Positions 1-8,839 of a DNA stretch of 64,000 bases are shown one piece after another. The notes under the pieces were generated by a model that was not told the DNA's origin, searched no databases, and worked only from the letters and a program-made list of their open reading frames with translations. The translations under genes were made by a program, and so were the position numbers. Each line of letters begins with the position of its first letter. The stretch's first letter is position 1. Where the stretch lies: positions 1-64,000 of the forward strand of contig JBLNCY010000064.1 of assembly GCA_050261115.1 (NCBI GenBank), written 5' to 3'. The stretch is from Methanocella sp. (lineage in GTDB: Archaea; Thermoproteota; Bathyarchaeia; Bathyarchaeales; Bathycorpusculaceae).

Positions 1-1
1 G

Positions 2-784
2 GCGTCTTTACTGCTTGGGCGCTTTTTTTGTGGCTGGCTCTGTCCCTTTGGGCTATATCAGGATTTGATTACTAGGCTTCGCCGACTCCTGGGGCAACGT
101 CATTTAACTTTTTCAAAGAAAACCCTCGATGCCCTAAATCAAGCGCGTTGGGTAATCATCGCTGTGGTGATAATCCTTAGCGTAATTTTAGGGTCTTATG
201 CTATCTTTGGTTTTGAAATCGTGCCTGGAACAGCCTTGGACACTGGATCCGACGCGCTTCACTCAGGCATAGTTAGCTACGTGAATGAGCCTTACTGCTT
301 GGTTTGTCCTGAGCGGCCTCTGTGCATTCTTGTCCAGTGCGCGGTGGGTTCTATGGAGTGGTCCTATGTTTCCCAAATAGCATATGGTCCATTCTACATT
401 GCCGGTTGGTATGTAACCTCAATTAATTTGGCAGTGTTCATTGTGGTTTCGGTTTTGGCGTTTGCGTATCGGCGTGTATGGTGTCGAATCTGTCCCATGG
501 GTGCCTTAACAGCGCTTTTTAGTGCACATAAGCCTTTTAGTCGTGTTGCGTTGACTCGGCTGGAGAAGGATCAAAAGAAGTGCACCAAATGCGGCGTTTG
601 CAAACGAGTCTGTCCCATGGATGTATCGGAAGTGTATGAGCGTAAGGGCGGAGACGTGACAGCGTCGAACTGTACGCTTTGTCTGCGATGCGTTGAGCTG
701 TGTCCCTATAAAGATGCTTTAAAAGCAAAGTTTGCTGGTAAAACTGTTGTTGCATCAAGAGATTGGCTTGCGGGAAAAAGCTGA
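2..784 (+). CDS. Membrane 4Fe-4S binding protein (NapH/MauN-like), 5' truncated by window edge
   Basis: Frame is open from position 2 (…LLGRFFCGWLCPFG…). Second motif RRVWCRICPMG, TM segments, and two C-terminal CxxCxxCxxxCP ferredoxin motifs. Confidence 0.85.
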   Translation, partial: ASLLLGRFFCGWLCPFGLYQDLITRLRRLLGQRHLTFSKKTLDALNQARWVIIAVVIILSVILGSYAIFGFEIVPGTALDTGSDALHSGIVSYVNEPYCLVCPERPLCILVQCAVGSMEWSYVSQIAYGPFYIAGWYVTSINLAVFIVVSVLAFAYRRVWCRICPMGALTALFSAHKPFSRVALTRLEKDQKKCTKCGVCKRVCPMDVSEVYERKGGDVTASNCTLCLRCVELCPYKDALKAKFAGKTVVASRDWLAGKS

Positions 785-931
785 AAGGACTATCTTTGCT
801 TATATGTGGTGAGGCGTCTCTGAGAGCAAGACTCCCGCGTCTCTTGCTAAGTCCCAAAATACCCGCCTTAAGCTATGTGTGCAATTGAACTGCATCATTT
901 TACCGTTTGCAGCTCATAGTATTCAGTACAT

Positions 932-945
932 GCAAAACTTTATAA
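932..945 (+). promoter_or_regulatory. BRE/TATA promoter of the 986 gene
   Basis: GCAAAAC-TTTATAA about 40 nt upstream of ATG 986. Confidence 0.55.
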
Positions 946-985
946 CATCGCCAAACGATTTGAGTTCCTAAAAAGGTAGTAGCAA

Positions 986-1906
986 ATGAAATTCGGCACA
1001 TACATGTTTGAAGCAAAGAAAGTTCCGGGCTTCGACTTTGACCTTTTCCGCACTAAGCCTGAAGTCGGAAGACGATTACCCCCCAAAGCAGATATGTACA
1101 GCAACGTCGCAATTTTCGGTGACAACGTCGCGGCACGCCTACACCCAGACTGGATCAGCCAAAGCGACCTCGGTCCAGCTTGGAGAACCAACGACAATTT
1201 CAACGTACGCTGGGAAGTCCTCTGCCAAACACAACCAGAACACAGAGCAGAACAACTCGACTACATGGAAGATGTAGCGCGCAAAAGTCAAGGTGTCTGG
1301 CTAAACAGCATCCACTTCGCTGAACACGGCCACTGCACTTGCCCACGCTGCAAAGAACTACACGCAAAAAGCGGCTTATCCTGGTATGAATGGAGACGCA
1401 AAGAAGTCACAGACTACATGGCAGCAACAAGCGACCGTGTAATCAACAAAGCCAAAAAACCACTCTACATCGGTATCCTACCAGACCCAGTTACAAACTA
1501 TGAACGCTTCGGCGTCTGGTTTGACGACTTGCTGCCACTTACAACAGAAATGTTCGTCGTCATGTTCAGCAAGAACTACGCCACACCCTGGTACTGGGAA
1601 ATGCTCACACGCAACTTTAAGAAACTCTTCAAAGACGTAAAGCTAAACATTGCCCTCTACGTTATCGGCCCCGGCGATGACCCACGCGAAACTCCAACAC
1701 CAAGCGAACTCTTAACAGTCTCAGTCCGCATGGCCCGCGCAGGCGTTGACGGCTTACTGTACTTAACCGACAAAGCCTACCAGATGCAGGAATTCCAGAA
1801 AGCAGCCATCGCACAGAAAGACACCCGCGAGCGTCTAAAGACCTACGGCGGTAAAGCAGGCCAAGAAGTCCTCGACCTAGTCACAAGCTGGGAAAAGCTC
1901 TTCTAA
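986..1906 (+). CDS. Hypothetical protein, putative glycoside-hydrolase-like TIM barrel with HCTCPRC motif
   Basis: 306-aa ORF with strong C-ending codon bias. HPDW, GVWLNSIHF and CxCxxC resemble GHL10/DUF4015-type barrels (inference). Confidence 0.6.
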   Translation: MKFGTYMFEAKKVPGFDFDLFRTKPEVGRRLPPKADMYSNVAIFGDNVAARLHPDWISQSDLGPAWRTNDNFNVRWEVLCQTQPEHRAEQLDYMEDVARKSQGVWLNSIHFAEHGHCTCPRCKELHAKSGLSWYEWRRKEVTDYMAATSDRVINKAKKPLYIGILPDPVTNYERFGVWFDDLLPLTTEMFVVMFSKNYATPWYWEMLTRNFKKLFKDVKLNIALYVIGPGDDPRETPTPSELLTVSVRMARAGVDGLLYLTDKAYQMQEFQKAAIAQKDTRERLKTYGGKAGQEVLDLVTSWEKLF

Positions 1907-2053
1907 GCAAGCATGGAACAGTTAGGCTTCAACCAGCAATGGTTGAACAGCCAAGCCTCTTTTTATCATTTTAAACATACCAGTAGCCTGTGCTTTGGTT
2001 AAGACTAAATATCTAAAACGCATCTGTATTTGTTAGGGCGAGAGGCGAACAAT

Positions 2054-2560
2054 ATGGACATCGGCGAATTAGCGGAAATAAAAAAAGACCAAATTTCTAA
2101 AAAGGCAGAAACACTCAACGCAATCGAAACCCATTTTCTCGTAGAGAAACTCGCCGAAAAAGACGACAAACTACGCTACAACGCTTTTCTGCTTCTGCAA
2201 GCCCAATCCCAACTGGCACCTTCCGTCTATGCACATTGGGATACTCTGGCTGCAAAGCTTGACAGCGATAACTCGTATCAGAGAAGTTTAGGCGTTATGC
2301 TTCTTGCGGAGAACATCCGATGGGATAGCGAGGGAAAATTCAGCCAAGTCATCGACAAATTCCTGGCCTGTTGCTCGGATGAAAAATTCATTACGGCTAG
2401 GCAAACGCTTCAATCCTTGACCAAGGTTGTCATGGCCACAAATGCATACAACCAAATGATTAGTGCACATGTTGCTGCACTTGATTTATCCAAATACAAG
2501 GAAAACCAGCAGTCACTACTCAAAAAAGACATAGCTGCCCTACTAAAGAAGCTAACTTGA
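2054..2560 (+). CDS. HEAT/ARM-repeat-like hypothetical protein
   Basis: Helical repeats (DDKLRYNAF, DNSYQRSLG, DEKFITAR). ATG 2054 follows GAGG. Confidence 0.65.
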   Translation: MDIGELAEIKKDQISKKAETLNAIETHFLVEKLAEKDDKLRYNAFLLLQAQSQLAPSVYAHWDTLAAKLDSDNSYQRSLGVMLLAENIRWDSEGKFSQVIDKFLACCSDEKFITARQTLQSLTKVVMATNAYNQMISAHVAALDLSKYKENQQSLLKKDIAALLKKLT

Positions 2561-2569
2561 AGGACTTTT

Positions 2570-2609
2570 GTCTGTTGCTCTCACAGAGACCCCCTCCCTT
2601 ATATATAGA
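2570..2609 (+). repeat. Dispersed intergenic repeat, copy A
   Basis: GTCTGTTGCTCTCACAGAGACCCCCTCCCTTATATATAGA. Matches 35255-35291 (+) and 54267-54307 (-). Confidence 0.75.
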
Positions 2610-2846
2610 CCCAGCAACTGCAGCGGAGGATTGCGGTGGATATGAGTGTTTGCTGGCTTTTGGCGCTGGATGCTGTGTAGCTGCAGGATGGGCTGAATGG
2701 GTGGCTGCACAACTATTTTCAGATAGAAATCGCACTCACTATCAAGGGTCTGTATTCTGCGGGCGAACCTCCATAAAGGAGGCGACCTCTGGGGGAAAGA
2801 CCCAAAGCAAGCTCCCCAGACTAAAATAGGCCAGGCGTTCGATAGA

Positions 2847-3659
2847 TTACTTTTTACAGCATTTAAACAGGTATACAACCAAAAGCGCCAACAAAACAGC
2901 AACAACACCTAGCGTGACAAGCATGGCAATCTGCATCCAATCTAAACCCAACTGGGCCACCATTTGGGAACCAGATTGACCTGGCGAAGTTATTGGGCTT
3001 TGGCTCTCAGAGGGTGACACACTCGGAGGGGGGAAAGACGCATCGGGGTTAACTGCAGGTGTGCTCTCATCGATTGTTATTGTTTGAGTATTGCTCCAAT
3101 CACTTGCTTCGCCTTCCCAATAGAAATCATATGTTGGACCACCTGGAACTCCTCCCGGGTGTACGTAAGGCACTGCTCTAAAATCGCCAAATAACGCTTG
3201 AACTTGAATATCTAGCTTCCCGTTCACAGGAATATACGGTAGGAAATACAACGATACTACGGTATGGCTTGAAGTTGAGGCATGAAAAGGAACCGCATGC
3301 GCATCTGGAAGAAAATAGCCAAGTTCATTATTAGGATAAAAGGGATAATAATTCCATTCATCCTCATAGTGGCCTTTGTACCTGAAATTGTAGTATGATG
3401 CTCCATTATTGGTGATATAAGCATCTATAGTTTTATTTTCAACATGATATCCTGGAATAGTAGTGTCGATCATTTCGCCTGTATAGGGGTCCGTTGAAGA
3501 AGAGGGCTTTGGTGGCACATCATACGAGTGGTCTATATAGCTCAATGTAAATTCTGGCACAGACGGTTTAGACGACGCAGAACCACCTACAACTTGAACC
3601 ATTATTAAGCTCGAACTGATCAAAGCAAAAACAAGAAGAAACACTGAGCACTTGCTCAT
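2847..3659 (-). CDS. Secreted, membrane-anchored surface protein (KPSVPEFT family)
   Basis: Signal peptide, KPSVPEFT…YDVPP…DPYTG…GYHV.NKTI, S/P-rich linker and C-terminal TM. Paralog of 28346-29278. Confidence 0.8.
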   Translation of the reverse strand: MSKCSVFLLVFALISSSLIMVQVVGGSASSKPSVPEFTLSYIDHSYDVPPKPSSSTDPYTGEMIDTTIPGYHVENKTIDAYITNNGASYYNFRYKGHYEDEWNYYPFYPNNELGYFLPDAHAVPFHASTSSHTVVSLYFLPYIPVNGKLDIQVQALFGDFRAVPYVHPGGVPGGPTYDFYWEGEASDWSNTQTITIDESTPAVNPDASFPPPSVSPSESQSPITSPGQSGSQMVAQLGLDWMQIAMLVTLGVVAVLLALLVVYLFKCCKK

Positions 3660-3908
3660 ACTATTCCCTACTAGGCACGTTGTGGCGACTGTGTTATTAA
3701 GTTAACTTGTGCAGTTGACCAAAGGTGACTAAAGTTAATGCTATAGTCAGCTTGGTTACTTGGTTTGCAGATATGCTTTTTAATCGCCGCTACAAATTTA
3801 GCTGAACATATCAGGGGAGACTACAGGCAAAAAGGCTGTTGTTGCTACAAAAGCCATTAATAGACTTAATCAATTCAGCCTCAGAAAAACCAATTGGACG
3901 ATGATGCC

Positions 3909-5045
3909 ATGACCGAAAATCACGAAAAAACAGTTGTACGCGGACTTAAGGGTATAGCCGCGGCGGAAACCCGTATCAGCTATGTAGACTACAACGGTAA
4001 ACTATACTATGTGGGTTATGACATCGACGATTTGGTTGGTCGGGTTATTTATGCAGAGGTCGCATACTTGCTTCTTCATAGGCGCCTTCCAACCAAGCAA
4101 GAACTGGAGACTTTTAAGGCAGAACTCGTTTCAGCAATGCACCTGCCCCAACCTGTAATCGACAGCATCAAAAATTCTCCCAAAAACAGTCATCCAATGG
4201 ATGTCTTACGGACAGAGGTCTCTCACCTTGCCGAGTATGATCCTGACGGCAACACTTTCTCTGAAGCCGCAAACTATAGGCGCGCCACACGCTTGATAGC
4301 GCAGGTGCCCGTAATAGTAGCCACTCTCTATCGGAGCCGAATTGGCAAGTCAGTTCCCGAGCCAAAACAAGAATTCGGCTTTGCGGAAAACTTTCTCTAC
4401 ATGTTCAAAGGGGAAATTCCAGATAAAGCCGAAACCAACGTGCTGCACCGCTACATGACCCTTCATGCTGACCACGGCTTTAACGCTTCAACCTTTGCCG
4501 CACGAGTAACCGCAAGCACAAACTCAGATATGTACTCGGCCATAACGGCGGCTATTGGAACCCTCAAAGGACCCTTACATGGCGGCGCCAGCGAGAAAGT
4601 AATGGACATGCTGGACGACATTAACCTAGAAGCGGAAGTCGAAGAGTACATTCATGGCTTGCTAGATGATCAGAAGAAGGTCATGGGTTTTGGTCACAGA
4701 ATATACAGGGCCCAGGATCCAAGGACTAAGCATTTGAGAGGTATGGTTGAAGACCTCTGCCACCAAAACAAGAAAACCCTCGATCTCTACAATAAGTGTG
4801 TAAAGATAGAGCAGATTGTTTTTGGGCGGAAAAAGATTTACCCCAACGTCGATTTTTACGCTGCAGTCACCATGGATGCACTTGGTGTGCCTAAAGAGTT
4901 CTTCACGCCGTTTTTTGCTTCCAGCAGAATATCGGGTTGGGTTGCGCATGTAATTGAGCAATATGAGGATGCTGTATTGCTGCGTCCAGACTCGAAGTAT
5001 GTCGGCGAATTCGGCAGACCCTTTGTACCAATCGAAAGCCGATAA
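3909..5045 (+). CDS. gltA: Citrate synthase (Si-type; citrate/2-methylcitrate synthase family)
   Basis: DHGFNASTF, GPLHGGA, GFGHRIY and PNVDFY motifs. Confidence 0.93.
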   Translation: MTENHEKTVVRGLKGIAAAETRISYVDYNGKLYYVGYDIDDLVGRVIYAEVAYLLLHRRLPTKQELETFKAELVSAMHLPQPVIDSIKNSPKNSHPMDVLRTEVSHLAEYDPDGNTFSEAANYRRATRLIAQVPVIVATLYRSRIGKSVPEPKQEFGFAENFLYMFKGEIPDKAETNVLHRYMTLHADHGFNASTFAARVTASTNSDMYSAITAAIGTLKGPLHGGASEKVMDMLDDINLEAEVEEYIHGLLDDQKKVMGFGHRIYRAQDPRTKHLRGMVEDLCHQNKKTLDLYNKCVKIEQIVFGRKKIYPNVDFYAAVTMDALGVPKEFFTPFFASSRISGWVAHVIEQYEDAVLLRPDSKYVGEFGRPFVPIESR

Positions 5046-5170
5046 CTGCCCCCAAGGTGGGGTGGGCTCAGCAAAGGGCTGTATCCCTTTTCCTTTCTGA
5101 GCTATCCCTAGAAATTGCGTTATAAAGTGCTCTAAACCTTTTAAGCCAAACCTCCGATTCATACATACAT

Positions 5171-5614
5171 ATGAAACTAGTCTCTGCTTGCCTGCTTGGA
5201 ATTAACTGCAACTTTGAAGGGAAAAACAAACTTCAACCCCAACTCCTTGAAGAATTCAAAAAAGGCGAGCTCTACCCCATATGTCCCGAAGTCCTAGGCG
5301 GCCTCTCCATACCCCGCATACCCGCCGAGATACAAGGCGGCGACGGCCTAGACGTAATTGAAGGCAAAGCCTACGTAGTAAACATGCAGGGTATCGATGT
5401 TACGGATGAATTTATGAAGGGGGCCTACGAGGTGCTGCGGATTGCTGAGGTAATTGATGCGAAGGAGGCTTTGTTGGTTGAGAGGAGTCCTTCTTGTGGC
5501 TGCGGCGAAATTTTTGATGGTACTTTCACAGGGAAGCTTAAGTCTGGCGACGGTGTGACTGCTGCGTTGCTTAAGAAAAAGGGAATAAAAGTCACATGCA
5601 TTAAAGCACCGTAA
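5171..5614 (+). CDS. DUF523 / 2-thiouracil desulfurase family protein
   Basis: VSACLLG, PICPEVLGGL, SPSCG and GDGVTAALL motifs. Confidence 0.9.
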   Translation: MKLVSACLLGINCNFEGKNKLQPQLLEEFKKGELYPICPEVLGGLSIPRIPAEIQGGDGLDVIEGKAYVVNMQGIDVTDEFMKGAYEVLRIAEVIDAKEALLVERSPSCGCGEIFDGTFTGKLKSGDGVTAALLKKKGIKVTCIKAP

Positions 5615-5623
5615 AACGAGGGT

Positions 5624-6034
5624 TTACCAGTTTTTTAGGACTATCATGGTGTTTGTTTTCATGATGCCTTCGACGCGGCGTATTTTTTCGATGCATTCGT
5701 TGACTTCTGTGACGTTCATGCCGCTTATTACTGCGACGATGTCGTATTCGCCTGTGACTTCGTAGAGTGTTTCTACGTTGGGGATTTCTCGGATTCGTTT
5801 GGATACTTCTAGGGTGGGGTAGGTGGGGTTGGTGGCTAGGAGTGTGATGGCTTGGGCTCCTTCGGCGGTTGAGACTTTGATTGTGAATTTGCGGATGACG
5901 CCTTCGTCGGTTAGTGTTTTTATTCGTTTGCGTACGGCGCCTTCTGAGAGGTTGATTTGGTTGCCGATGTCTGCGTATGCTGCTCGGGAGTCTTCTTTTA
6001 GGATTTTTATGATTTGTTTGTCTTTTTCGTCCAT
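5624..6034 (-). CDS. lysM: Lrp/AsnC transcriptional regulator, LysM-type
   Basis: HTH (LSEGAVRKRI) plus RAM domain (EVTGEYD). Divergent from lysW. Confidence 0.8.
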   Translation of the reverse strand: MDEKDKQIIKILKEDSRAAYADIGNQINLSEGAVRKRIKTLTDEGVIRKFTIKVSTAEGAQAITLLATNPTYPTLEVSKRIREIPNVETLYEVTGEYDIVAVISGMNVTEVNECIEKIRRVEGIMKTNTMIVLKNW

Positions 6035-6281
6035 TTGGGTGTCCAGTGTGAGTATGGCTTGGAAAAATTTAACGTTTTCCGTACTTGCTTTTATGGGGTT
6101 GGTGCGGTTTACGCTTTATGCGTGTCTTAGCGGTGCGTTTTAGGTATCACAAAAGCGCTTTTTATCGTGTCCTAAATGGTACATTAGAAACTCAAGTTGT
6201 AACAAATACGTCACAATGTTTAAAAGGTACACGAAAATAACAGAATGCATTTCCAATCAAAAAATAAAGTGAACCAAAAAA

Positions 6282-6494
6282 ATGATCAAGCAAGCAAACC
6301 AACCCGAAGAGATGAAACTCATCACGGCAAAGTGCCCAGATTGTGACGCTGACCTCGACGTACCAGCAGACACAGAGAAGGGAGAAATCCTAAGTTGCCC
6401 AGGCTGCGGACTCGAACTCGAAGTCAAACAGATCAAAGGCGGCTGCGTTGACCTTCAAGAATTAACCATTGAAGGCGAAGACTGGGGCGAATAA
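6282..6494 (+). CDS. lysW: Amino-group carrier protein LysW
   Basis: CPDC…CPGC zinc ribbon and C-terminal EDWGE. Confidence 0.95.
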   Translation: MIKQANQPEEMKLITAKCPDCDADLDVPADTEKGEILSCPGCGLELEVKQIKGGCVDLQELTIEGEDWGE

Positions 6495-6557
6495 GCAGTA
6501 TCCACCTTGCCATCTTCTTTATTTAAACCACCCTTTTAAAGAAAGCAACTGCGGACG

Positions 6558-7751
6558 ATGACAGCGATGAGCATTGCACTCCTATACGAGCGCTCGGAGA
6601 ACGACGAAAACGGCATCAAATTAACTGCGCAACAACTGGGCATAGAGTTAGCGTTTATTCCATTCCGAAAAATCGCTCTCTCTATAGGCAAAGACGGCTT
6701 CACAGCCAAAACCAAAGGCAAAGATTACACCCAAACATTCAATGACACCAAAGTAGTGCTCAACCGTGCCCAAAGCAAAAACCGCCGTCTCCAAGCCAGC
6801 TACATCCTAGAAGGGCTGGGTAAAAAAGCCATAAACTCATCGCAAATCGAATTCGTCTGCTACAGCAAACTTCGCACCCTACTTAATCTACACAAAGCAG
6901 GCATACCAATCCCCAAAACCGTGTTTGTTCCCTGCGATGCCACAGACGTCATGAAGAACGGTCGAGAAATCCACAACGAAAAAGACATCGCCGACCTCTT
7001 TGAACAAGAACTAACCCTAAAAGACGGCATTGTCATAAAAGCCGATGCGGGAACACATGGAAAAATGATAATGCTAAGCAAAAACCGCGCCGTACTAGAA
7101 GCCAACATAAAAGAGACCAAACCAAACATCATTAACCCCATCGGGGTCGTCGCACAACAACTTATCGAGAAATGGTTCTATGACCTGCGTATAATCGTGC
7201 ACAAAGAAGCCGGCAAAGAACCAGTCTGTCACCCGACCGCGATGGTGCGGGCCGGCTATAAGGATTTCCGCACAAACACCTTCCTTGGAAACCTAGTCTT
7301 CCACTCCAAACTTCCCCAACGCATCCAGGAGTTGGCGGTAAAATGTGGAAAAACCTTAGGCGAAGGCAGCAACGCATACATTTTCGCGCTCGACGCCATG
7401 GTGGATGTTGCTGATAACAAGAACGCAGATGAAGCGTTCCTAAAAGAGCAGCTTGACAAGGCGGCACAGTCTTGGAGTGGTGTGCAGAAGGTTAAGGCTG
7501 ATGAAATACGCCTAACAGATTTCCCGGCCTGGAACCAGAAGCTAGAGGCTGCTTTCCAAACCTACAAGGAAACATCAGCCTACCAAAACATCACCCATAT
7601 AATTGAAGAGAGTGTAGAAGAGAACAAGAGCGCCCTAGTATTTCATGAGTCGAATTCTTGCCCCGAATTCTGGGAGAACACCCGACTCGCAACCGGATTA
7701 AACGTGGCCGTGCCATTGCTCAAAAGCGCTCAAAGCCTAATCGACCAATAA
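6558..7751 (+). CDS. lysX: LysX/ArgX-type ATP-grasp ligase with large insertion
   Basis: Sits between lysW and lysY. SKLRT…GIPIPKT, DLRI, FRTN and ESNSCPEF motifs. Confidence 0.82.
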   Translation: MTAMSIALLYERSENDENGIKLTAQQLGIELAFIPFRKIALSIGKDGFTAKTKGKDYTQTFNDTKVVLNRAQSKNRRLQASYILEGLGKKAINSSQIEFVCYSKLRTLLNLHKAGIPIPKTVFVPCDATDVMKNGREIHNEKDIADLFEQELTLKDGIVIKADAGTHGKMIMLSKNRAVLEANIKETKPNIINPIGVVAQQLIEKWFYDLRIIVHKEAGKEPVCHPTAMVRAGYKDFRTNTFLGNLVFHSKLPQRIQELAVKCGKTLGEGSNAYIFALDAMVDVADNKNADEAFLKEQLDKAAQSWSGVQKVKADEIRLTDFPAWNQKLEAAFQTYKETSAYQNITHIIEESVEENKSALVFHESNSCPEFWENTRLATGLNVAVPLLKSAQSLIDQ

Positions 7752-7775
7752 CAAAAGAGGGAGAGAAGAGAAAAA

Positions 7776-8834
7776 ATGACAACAAAAATTGGAATAATCG
7801 GCGGTTCAGGATACGTGGGCGGCGAACTCTTACGCCTGCTTCTGTTGCACCCTGAAGCAGAGGTAACCATGGTTACTTCACGTCAAAGCGCAGGCGAATT
7901 CATCTTTAACGTCCACCCCAACCTACGCGGGTTAACACAACTAAAATTCGTACCCCAAGACATGGAAGCGCTCAAGCAGAACTGCGAGGTAGTCTTCACA
8001 GCCACCCCACATGGCGGCTCACAAACCCTCGTCCCCAAACTGCTAGATGCAGGGCTAAAAGTTATCGATATGAGCGCGGACTTTCGCCTCAAAAACCCCG
8101 TGGACTATGAAACTTACTATGAGTTTAAGCATGCGCATCCAGAAATGCTAAAAGAAGCCGTCTACGGATTGCCCGAACTGCATCGGGAAGAAATCAAAAC
8201 CGCTAAACTCGTCGCTTGTCCCGGCTGCATGGCTACCTCGGCTATTTTGGGCTTAGCGCCAATCATCAAAGCAGGCCTAGTTGATCCCCAAAAAATAGTG
8301 GTGGACCTTAAAGTCGGCAGCTCCGGCGGAGGCAGCAAACCCAATCTTGCCAGTCACCACCCCGAACGCTTCAGCGGCGTTCGACCCTACCAAGTCGTCG
8401 GCCACCGACACACAGCAGAAGTTGAACAAGAACTAACCGCCCTCTCAGACCAAACTGTAAAAATTGGTTTCACACCCCACGCCGTCAACATGGTCCGCGG
8501 CATACTTGCAACCATCCACACTTACCCCAAGCAGAAGGTCGAAAACAAGGACCTCTGGCGTGCGCTCCGTGGCATGTATGGTTCTGAACCGTTTGTGCGC
8601 TTAGTCAAGTACCAGAAAGGCCCCTACCAGTTGCCTGACCCCAAGACCACCATGGGCACCAACTTCTGTGATGTGGGCTTTGAGATTGATGAGCACACGA
8701 ATCGTCTCATAATGTTTAGCGCCATTGATAACATGACTAAAGGCGCCGCAGGCCAAGGTGTGCAGTGCATGAATTTGATGTTGGGCTTAGAGGAGACCAC
8801 AGGCCTTAAGAGCACTGGGTTCCATCCGGTGTGA
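7776..8834 (+). CDS. lysY: [LysW]-aminoadipate/glutamate phosphate reductase (LysY/ArgC)
   Basis: GGSGYVG, DMSADFRL, ACPGC and DNMTKGAAGQ motifs. Confidence 0.93.
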   Translation: MTTKIGIIGGSGYVGGELLRLLLLHPEAEVTMVTSRQSAGEFIFNVHPNLRGLTQLKFVPQDMEALKQNCEVVFTATPHGGSQTLVPKLLDAGLKVIDMSADFRLKNPVDYETYYEFKHAHPEMLKEAVYGLPELHREEIKTAKLVACPGCMATSAILGLAPIIKAGLVDPQKIVVDLKVGSSGGGSKPNLASHHPERFSGVRPYQVVGHRHTAEVEQELTALSDQTVKIGFTPHAVNMVRGILATIHTYPKQKVENKDLWRALRGMYGSEPFVRLVKYQKGPYQLPDPKTTMGTNFCDVGFEIDEHTNRLIMFSAIDNMTKGAAGQGVQCMNLMLGLEETTGLKSTGFHPV

Positions 8835-8839
8835 TAGCC

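Noticed and set aside
1921-1972. Hairpin GGCTTCAACC…GGTTGAACAGCC as an attC site
   Set aside because: It lies directly after a stop codon and before a T tract, so a terminator is the simpler reading; the attC boxes are in the wrong order.
2642-2776. Pyrrolysine readthrough of the TAG at 2678
   Set aside because: The product would be only 44 aa with no recognisable homology, and no pyl genes are in the window.
7401-7634. LysX insertion as an intein
   Set aside because: No N-terminal C/S or C-terminal HN-C/S/T splice motifs, and it is too short.
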